From positions 25,606,001-25,670,000 of the forward strand of contig NC_073398.1 of assembly GCF_028641065.1 (NCBI RefSeq): a stretch of 64,000 nucleotides of DNA, given 5' to 3'. The first letter of the stretch is position 1. Each line of letters starts with the position of its first letter. Both the position numbers and the translations under genes were made by a program. The notes beneath the pieces were generated by a model. The model did no database searches and was not told the origin of the DNA. It saw only the letters and a list, made by a program, of their open reading frames with translations. The DNA is from Leucoraja erinacea (lineage: Eukaryota). Positions 13,401 to 22,400 of this stretch are shown here, one piece after another.

Positions 13401-16400
13401 GTATTAAGTCAATCATAAGAATGTGCATTACAAGAAACCATTTCTTGATGCAAAAGGCGGCTGTAGTCACTCTGCAAGCAGCATACCGTGGTTACCGATT
13501 AAGGGCACGCTACAAAGCTGTGCGTCAAGCAGTCATTTCGATCCAGAGATGGTACATAGCTTGCAAAATAGGGCATTCCCAGTTTGTGCAATATCAGTCA
13601 ATGAGGGATGCAACTATTACCATTCAGACTGCTTACAAGAGTATGATGGTTAGGCAGGGGGTTAAGCAAAAGAGAGCTACTGTAAAAGTGCAGTCAGAAC
13701 TCCATAGGAGTTGGTATCGGAAAGAGTTAAGTGGACAAATAGATAAACAACAGAAAAGGCTTAAATGATACAAAAGGCTTAAACAATATAGGAAAGCCAG
13801 TGTTGTATTGCAGACAATATAGATCATACTTCTTGATAAAGAACCAGAAAGGTGACTTAAGAAGACAAGTAGATGAACAACAGCAAAGGCTTGAACGATG
13901 CAAGGAAAGGTTGAATAAATGTGTGGCACAGGGAGGTACAATTACAATGTTTCAAAGGCACTTGGAGGGGTGGAAGATTGCAACCTTCACGTGATCCACC
14001 CTGTTTCGACGATTCCAATCAACCTGGCGTGCACAATCAAATAAGATCAAATAGAACAAGTTGTCCTACAACTTTAGGCTGTGCACGCCATACGCAAGAA
14101 GAAGAAAGGCACTTGGACAGGTACATGGATAATAAAGGTTGAAAGGATATGGGCCAAACGCAGACAAACAGGGCTCGCTCAGGAAGGCATTTGGGTTGGT
14201 GAATTGGCTTAAATCCAAATTATCTTTAACTGACAGGGACGAGCAATTTGTTGGGACTGGAGGAGACTCAGCATCACATTGAAAAGCGCAACATAGGCAA
14301 ACAAGACTGCGAAAATGACTGGGTTTATTATCCTCCCTTAAAATCCTGTTCGCGTTTCTTTTGTGACAAAAGAACATGGACCAATGCTGAGGTACGTCCC
14401 TAAAACCAGTGATTACTTCGGGAGGCCTGGGGAACACTGATCTCTGCTGGTTCAATCCCATGAACACAGCACAGCCTCTCGTTGAATTGCCTGCGATGAG
14501 TCCCTGTGTTCCAGGGTGCGCTTCACTGCAGCCGTGGGATATGGTTTCTATTTCTCGGACCAGTGGGTATCCAGGGAATACAGTTCCCCAATTTCTGACA
14601 TCACTTTGCATTATCTATTTGGATGATTTTTTTGCTTGCTTATCAGATGATAAATTCACTGAATTTACACTAATTTACGGAAACAGATAAACTATTTTTT
14701 TTTTGTTTTTTTGTTTTTTTGTTTATTTTATTAGAAGTTAATACAGTACAAAACAGTACAGTGGAACCTAATTTTAGGTGCCAACTATGTCACCCCGTAA
14801 TCCATTCTGTGTACAACCTCTAGTTTTATGTTTTGAGAAGGAAGTAAGCAAGACAAGAAAAAGAAAACAACAGAAAGGGGAAAAAGAGGAAAAATAGATG
14901 GTAGAGAATAGAAAAACGTGAAGTGTGTATATAAAAAAAAGAAAAAGTGGAAAGTAGAAATAGTAAGATTAAACGAGAACTTACCAGTTCGAAGTTTAAT
15001 CTGTATTTTATGAGGGAATACATGAAGAGCCCGCTAGTACACTTGCGTGTCATTCTTCAAAGCAGCGGAGTGAATCACAGATACCTGTAATGACTTAAGC
15101 ATAGTAAGATTAGAGAAAAGATACCAGTCGTGTTTATGATCAAGGGTGGGAGCGGAGGGCATGTATTCCCTCAACGTTACTCGTCATAAAATACAGATCA
15201 AACTTCGAACTGGTAAGTTCTCGTTTAATCTTACTATTTTACTTCGGAGTCACGTGAGGGACTCCATGAAGATTTCAAAGCTCTGTGATTCAAGCCGTGG
15301 AACGAGTCCATCATCACGTCTGCCTTGGTTTTGGGGAGAATAGTGATAACATATTAAACATCAATATGATATATATAAATATCCATAAAGTTAATAATAA
15401 TTGATAGCCCCTGTTTTTTGGGGTAAATTATGGTATAGAAACTTAACAATGTTTCTGAAAAAATTCCAGTTTCCATTACTGGTTTGTTATAATCTTTAGA
15501 ATGTTCTTTCCGATGGCCATCCTGCAGTCCTGAGGATTTTATCCATAGGAAACCTCCAATTTAAATGCTGCCGACATTGCTGCAGCCTGGTGGAGTGAGA
15601 TTTTAACCCAGTTAGTGTTTACACCAACTTTGGTCAATACTATGTTAGCCATTTAGCTGGCCTGGCCTGTTATTCTTTAATGAGGCTGTCTGTAGTTGAT
15701 GAAAAGTTCCTCTTCTGTGCCACTGATGGTCTTGGTTTGTTCCATGTATATTTGTAGATGTCTCACAACAGTCAATCATCTGTAGGGTAGGCTCCAAAAA
15801 TGTTATGTTAAGGCCCTGTCTGTTTTGTTCCCTAATTCCTGAATATAGAAGTGTAAGTTGCGAGGTGAACTGGTCTTGTTATCCAGCCTTAATTTGGTAG
15901 GGACTGAGTCCTTAGTGCCGTGACCTAAGCCATCAGCATGATAGTTTTGAAAAAATGTCAAAACCTGTAATGACAGCGCTGTGGCTGGAGCCCAGTTCTT
16001 TAACAACGTTAAGACGATGCTGATGTCCCATATTTGGGAATACTCGGTCTTTGGGGAATTCCCATAAAATTGTCCTCCATAAGCTATTGTTCCGTTCTCT
16101 TGCCATAGATAAGTAGATGGACTATTTCTGGCACAGTTGATGTCACTAATACTAAGCCCCTGTAGGTTAACAAAGCTGCCAAACAGGCTGGATGATGTAT
16201 TATGGTTGCAACACATCTCCCATTAGTTTATGTATTTTAGACACTGTCTTTAGGTTGATTGTCTGTGGCCCGCTGTGATCCTGTCCATTGCTCTGGCCGT
16301 CAGTCCCAGATGTAATAGCGGCGCTTTCAGACTCTACGATTTAAGCGATTTATATGTTCATGGCACGGGTGGTTTTTTCCCCATTCTTCATCGTCTGTTT

Positions 16401-19400
16401 AGGATGGTGCTGCATGGTTCTAATCTCATTCCCAGTACCGCCGAGAATCATGGTTGGGTAGGTCAGTGGGGTACTATTAAAAACACCCCTACTGATGAGG
16501 TTGCCAAATTGTGTTGGCCAGATTGTTACATGATGTAGATTCCCTTTCACCCATGTGCTACCACAGTTGATATGTGCTACCACAGTAGTATTGTTAATTT
16601 ATAATCTAATAACCTGTTTAACATATTCCAGAGCAACATGACTTTAGGCCATGAAAAACACCCAACATTTCCAGGTAGTTATGCCCAGTGTTAGTAATAA
16701 TGATGCTTCCTGTGTATTCCATCTTCCTCCACAGCTGGAAATGGAATTGGTAACACACCATCCTAGTGCATAGCAATGCATATGTAGGACCATAGACTGG
16801 TTGCTGACAATGATAGGATTGGAGCAATGCCCAATGTTATCTTTCCACCATTTAGTTCCAATATGGCTTCTGTATGGCTTCATCATTCTATCGAAATGAT
16901 CACCATTAATTTTAAGAGCTCATATTTTGGCCCTCTGTAAATCTTTATAATGTAAGGGTTTGAATTATGTGGCTGGAAACCCATATTCCCAGTACCACCT
17001 GTTGCCAAAATTCTTGCTACCAGTCTGATGGATGGTTTATCCTCATGTCAATGATTTTGCTGTATGCCTTTATTAAGGTTGTAACCTCTGTTGGCAAAGT
17101 TACTGACATGAGGAACTGAGTTATTGGTGAACCCCAAATAATCCCTTTAGTTTGAAGGCTTTAATTTCGATTTAATTGGATGGATAATGAATCTTAGTTT
17201 CCAATAATTGTTAAGTGGCTGTTACCGTTTGTTCAGCCCGTCCTAAGTTCCCGCACAATTAGTATGTCATGCAAAGAAGCCATTACCATTGTGTGGCTGG
17301 TTGTTATATTTTGTAAATAACCTAGGTGCTAATGTAAACACATTAGGTAGTGCTCTATACTGCTAGAGCTGAGCCATCCAATTAGATAAAATAACGTCCG
17401 TGGTCACCTGTTATGGGTACTGAAAATAGTAAGCATCCTTTGAATCAATGCTTGCCATTTTCATTCTTAAAACGAATATACTTAACAATAGAAAAAAGGT
17501 TTCCGTTCTTAACGAATATATCGTATTATTTATTTCATTTATTTATTTTTAATATATGGTCCCTAGATAAGGGACATATCAGATATTTAAACTGATAAAA
17601 ACCCCAGATATTATGCTTGATCTTGGCCAAAAACCCGAGATCTGATCTAGGTTTGATGCGTCAAGCGCCATATCCTATTTTGTTAGGAAGGGAATGCGTA
17701 GATAATAATTCTTCCCTTACAATGCAGCTAAAACCCCTCCATTGCTGATGTCCAGTGTCTGTATCCCATATGACATATTTGGTAATTGGTGATAATGTCT
17801 GGATACGAGTAGATCGGCATCTGGTGTTCCATATCGTGTAGAAACCTCAGCAAATACTATAGCCCAATATCCATTTGGTGTTCTCCTCCAAATTCCTCTC
17901 TCGATATATCAGCTGGACTAGAAAATTATGTGTTGTAAAATTCTATTGTGTATCCCCGGATACTGTTTAAGATACGAGTGTCAAAAAATTATTTATTCGA
18001 TGTCTTCTCGCACCAACCTCCTTGCTTCCTTCTGGTTTTACTGTTTTCATCTGGATCCCCGAGGCCGTGTGTTGAGGGTGTACACATCTTCAGATATAGT
18101 GGTGATACCTTTGAGGATGATGTTTGGACGTTTAGATGAGCTCCAATTTGGCTTCATTGTCCAACTCCTTGACCTTCTAGATCGGTCACCTCCAAATAAA
18201 GATAATGCTAGGAGGTTTCGGGTTTACACAGGCCTGTGTCAATCCCGATTTGATGTAACCAGATTCATAAGTTGATTAGTTTAGTACATTCAGGGATTTA
18301 CAATCCCCAGTGGCAAGTGACCGCTATGGTGTCAGCTAATGTTTGCCCCTGCAGTAGAGAGAGAACATATGGTCTATGCTGGTTTCTAACCTGGTTTGTA
18401 GATCTTTCCCAGTTAGCTTTACTCACAGCTGTACTGTTGTTCCCCCTGAAACATAGACAGACATCCCATGTGACTTCCCAGATGGGAATGGAATTTGTCA
18501 GTAAATTTTTTGGACTGCTAAATCCTTCAGTCACAACATAAGTATTCCTGTATTTCTATCAGGAAAAGACCAATAATGCACTCTATGTACTTTGTGACTT
18601 AGAAAAAGCTTCACCTCATTATTATAGCTCTTACATCTGTTTACCTGTCCAGGGTTTGCCCTAGACTTGACCCCAGCACTCTTCTGACAAAAGAGTCTAC
18701 TGGAGGGAGAGAAGCATGATTATAGCCCTAAGAAAAGGTGCTGCTTCCTTCTCCCTAAGTCTGTCTTTTCCTCCAGCACTTCCCTATAATAGTGGAAGTG
18801 AGATACAGCCCTGTATAAGGTGCTGCTATGGGACTTACCCACTCGAGGATTTGCTCTTCTCTTTTTTGGACCTGCATCGCTGCAAACGCGGTATGTTCTC
18901 GCAGGTGCAGGTCCCGCAGTGTCTACGCGTCGCAGTGCTCACGGGCACTGAGTTCCTTGTAGTGCCGTTGGCCTGCGGTGCTCCACAGCGCGGTGTAGTG
19001 CTCACGGCACTGAGCCGCCCGTCTACCGTTTGCCTGCGGTGCTCCAACGCGGTTCAGTCCGCTCGGGGAGCTGGCCGCTCGCAACCGCAGGTAAGGTGGC
19101 TTAACGCGGTGCAGTGCTCCCCACTGTGCCGCTCCTTCCTTAATTGGGCCCGCAGTGCTCCAACGCGGTGCAAGTCCTCTTGGGGAACTGACCGCTCGCG
19201 ACGCAGGCCCAGCAGCTCCAACGCGTACCCCGTGCTCACGGGCACCGACCGCTCGCCGCTACCTCCAGTCTCCCAGCCCCACGGACCCATACAGCGCTCC
19301 TTACCCTGTAGGTCCCTGGGCTGTTTCCCGAGTCGTCAGACCGACGGCTCCGGAGTGCTCCACCGGCTGTCGGCGACCCGTACACCTGCTGGAGCTAAAG

Positions 19401-22400
19401 TCGCACCCGCTCCCGCCAAGGGAGACCGTCGTGCCACCGGCCGTTGCTGGCTGCCTGCTCCTACATAGCAGCTCTCCCCCGCCAGCTTTCCACAGCCTTC
19501 CTGTAAAGAAAGGTAAGTAAAAAAGAAACGAAGTTCTCTTACCGACTGTTGCAGGTTTCCAAAAACCCTGCCGTTTGGGAGGAACGTCCTTCCTCCCCCA
19601 ATGACTCGTTGCAATGCGTGTAGCGATAATGACACGCAAGCGTACTAGCGGGCTCTTCATGGAGTCCCTCACGTGACTCCGAAGTAAAATAGGAGAGAAG
19701 GCCCCTTAAAAGAGAAATTTTCAAATCTTTATTCGGAGATGTAGATCTATCCCCGGCATGAACTGAAATCAGCAATCTTTACGGTACCGCTGCATCTCAT
19801 GATTCCAAAAAGTCGATGAAAGGAGACCAAATCCTTAAGAATTGGTCATATTTATCTATTAGTCGGAGTCTCATTTCTTCAAGGCGTGCTATGTCCATCA
19901 TATTCCTAATCCATATTTTAACAGTTGGTATTGCTGTATTTCTCCAAAATGTAAGTATCAATTTCTTTCCAATTATTAACCCATAATTAAAAAAAACGGT
20001 TTGGTCTTAATTTAAATTGATATCTTCTACTATTATTCCAAATATAATCCATTCCGCTTTAGGTTCTATTCTTGACTTGAAAAGCTTTGTAAATATATCA
20101 AATATATTTTGTTTGTTTAAAGGAATTCTGCAAACACCAACACGATTATGCACATCTGGCTTCTGTGTCCTCGGGTGAACACAACATATTCCTTAAGAAA
20201 ATGATTGATGCACGGAACAATACATGTCCACAAATTTGGATTGGACTAAACGACATATTGCGGGTAAAGTTAATGATAATGTGTTAATAATAATTTGTTG
20301 TCCTTCCCTGATCATCCTCTGACCATTTCAGACGGCAGGTAAGAGTCAACACATTGATGGATCTTTGGAGATTTATTACCCAGAAGAACAACAGTGAACC
20401 AGATGTGTGTTTACAACAGTCCGCTAGTTTCAGTCCCCATTACTGATGGTAATTTGTTACTCCAGGGTGATTGCAGTTTATTTACTTGGATTCAAATTCT
20501 CTGGTGTCTGGGATAGGATTCAAACTTGCGTGCCTGGATCACCGGGATATCGCAGAGTAAAGGCCCTGTTCCACTTACTTGTCCTTGGCATGCAAATTAC
20601 GCGACCTCGTCCGGTAAAGGCCGGTCCCACTGAGAAGCGCGGAGGGTATGGAGTTGTGCACGGTATTGCGCGGCGCTCCAAAATTTTGTAGCAAACAAAA
20701 TCTTTGCACGCCACCGGCCTGTCGCATAACTGATGGCCAAAGTGGAACAGGCCCAAGACCCTGGCGCGACGCAACGTCCCACCTCCAGCAGCAACAGAAG
20801 CGGGCAAACGATTGTCGAACTCAGCCTGGGGCTCACAGCTGTTGCGGATCCGGTCGGCCCCCACTTCTACTCTCAGAGCGGGGCCAAGAAAATTGAAAAT
20901 AGACACAAAATGCAGGAGTAACTCAGTGGGACTATTGAGGATTATAATTATAAAGCGTTATGTATGAATGTATAAATATAAAATACACACTGACACAACA
21001 CAAGAAAATAGGAGCAGCAGCAGGCCACTCAGCCCCTCAAGCCTGCCCCGCCCTTAAATAAGGTCATGGTTGACCAGTGCCGGCCTCAACATTTTCCTTC
21101 ATTCTTCTCGATCCCCTCTGTAGTCGCGTTCCGGTTAATCCTTCTACCGAAACTTGATTATTTTTGTGCCCAAACTGTGGAAAGGACACAGGGCAAGGCT
21201 GGTGTGCAGAATGATGTCGCAGAGCATCTGCCAATGAGAATTTAGAGATTTGGGGATATGAAATTGAAAGGATCAGCCAACTGAAGCTGAACAGATGACA
21301 GTTGGCTGATCCTTACAGGTAAATTATTAGTGATCATTATAATCAATACTTGATGGAACTTCATGGAAGGGATGCTCCTGCGAGGAGCCACGTATAAGAA
21401 CAGACCTAGCGGACGCTGAGAACAAAGACCCTGAAGCCATCGAGAACAAAGACCTTGTGGTCGGTTGAGAACGGACTTGGCAAACACCAAAAACTGAGAA
21501 CAAAGGGCTGAGGACAAAGATCATGTGGCCGCTGTGAATGAAGACCAATTGGATCATACAGGGCCACATGCGGAGGCAAATGTGGTCCACCACTGCCAAG
21601 AAGGGCACGCTGGGCCACTGCCTGCATGGGGAAGCTCGCATACCCCGAAGATCAGAGAGTCGAGGAGGGAGCCACCGGCGACTATGAACACGAGCAGTGG
21701 GCTGGGAGGACAGTGACTGGGCACCTCCAAGTTTGGCTGTAGGAAGTGTCCCTGGGACTCAAAGGTGGTCGGGTGAGGACTGGGACATTGGGTCGCGGGT
21801 CTGCCGCAGTCTGGGATCTACCTGAACGTATCCAGCACCTCCGGCATGTGGACTGTACTTTGGACTTTGGAGTTTGTCTTTGGAAACAGCGCCAAAATAC
21901 GGCGACCGTGTATTTGTCGGTGCAAAAGTATTTCACTGTGATGTGCATACGTCACAATAAAGAACCATTGAACCATTATCCATTCAAAACCTTGAAGGTT
22001 ATTGGCCAAAACAATGATAGCAATGGCAAACTTTGTACGAGGCATAAAAGGCCATTCTCACGTTACGAGCTGACACAAGTGGTAACCCGAGTTAAACCTC
22101 GTGGTAATAACGTACGATTCTCGTGCCGGTAGGTTCTCGTGTAACTTGTCCACTCTTGCAAAAAGTCAAACATGTTTGAAATTTTCCACGAGTCAATTTT
22201 ACTCTTGTGGTTAATAATTGAAATGTTTTAACTCGATTTAAGAACGTAGTGGTCCGTGCGTTTACCTTAGTGTATCGTGAGTCTACCTGTGGGAACTCTT
22301 TAACTCAGCGGGCAGGCAGCAGCAGATTGTCGCTCCCGTCAGTTTCCCAGCGACAGTCACCTGCCACGTGAGAGAGATCATGCACTGTTGTAGGTTTCCT

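Larger units (their letters stand above)
9580..13920 (+). mobile_element. Truncated Gypsy-type LTR retrotransposon: 5' LTR 9580-9760, PBS 9763-9775, gag N-terminus 11099-12600 split by an L1 insertion; no 3' LTR seen
   Basis: LTR TGTT...AACA. PBS tggcgacgaggat is complementary to the 3' end of tRNA-Ser(GCT). Rejoined gag reads MATSIVGKW...KWTEVLEASFISNDISAEEKKRAWFILALGREGYHTLRTLLLPAKPTEKTYEDCKEVLMAHFSPKP. Confidence 0.8.
14699..20104 (-). mobile_element. Second 5'-truncated L1-type copy (14699-14963 plus 19693-20104), split by a DIRS element
   Basis: Closely matches 11192-11880. TSD tatttt at 14693-14698 and 20105-20110. Empty site visible in gene B at about 37370-37393. Confidence 0.9.

Noticed and set aside
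12702-13768. Functional ASPM gene
   Set aside because: Frameshift and stop codons, no CH/ASH domain exons, and embedded in an LTR element inside another gene's intron.
17981-17990. Sm-site-like AATTTTTTGA on the minus strand within DIRS
   Set aside because: Lies upstream of the U2 segment, in RT-derived sequence just before RILNSIRGYTIEF.
18716-19468. 250-aa + strand ORF
   Set aside because: GC-rich antisense frame of the DIRS 5' region; no motifs.
19629-19639. atgacacgcaa in the DIRS ITR matches an 11-mer of U6 snRNA
   Set aside because: No extension on either side, too short, and explained as part of the ITR.
21410-21520. Regularly spaced gagaacaaag repeats, superficially CRISPR-like
   Set aside because: Eukaryotic context, 10-bp degenerate repeats, no cas genes; internal repeats of a retroposon.
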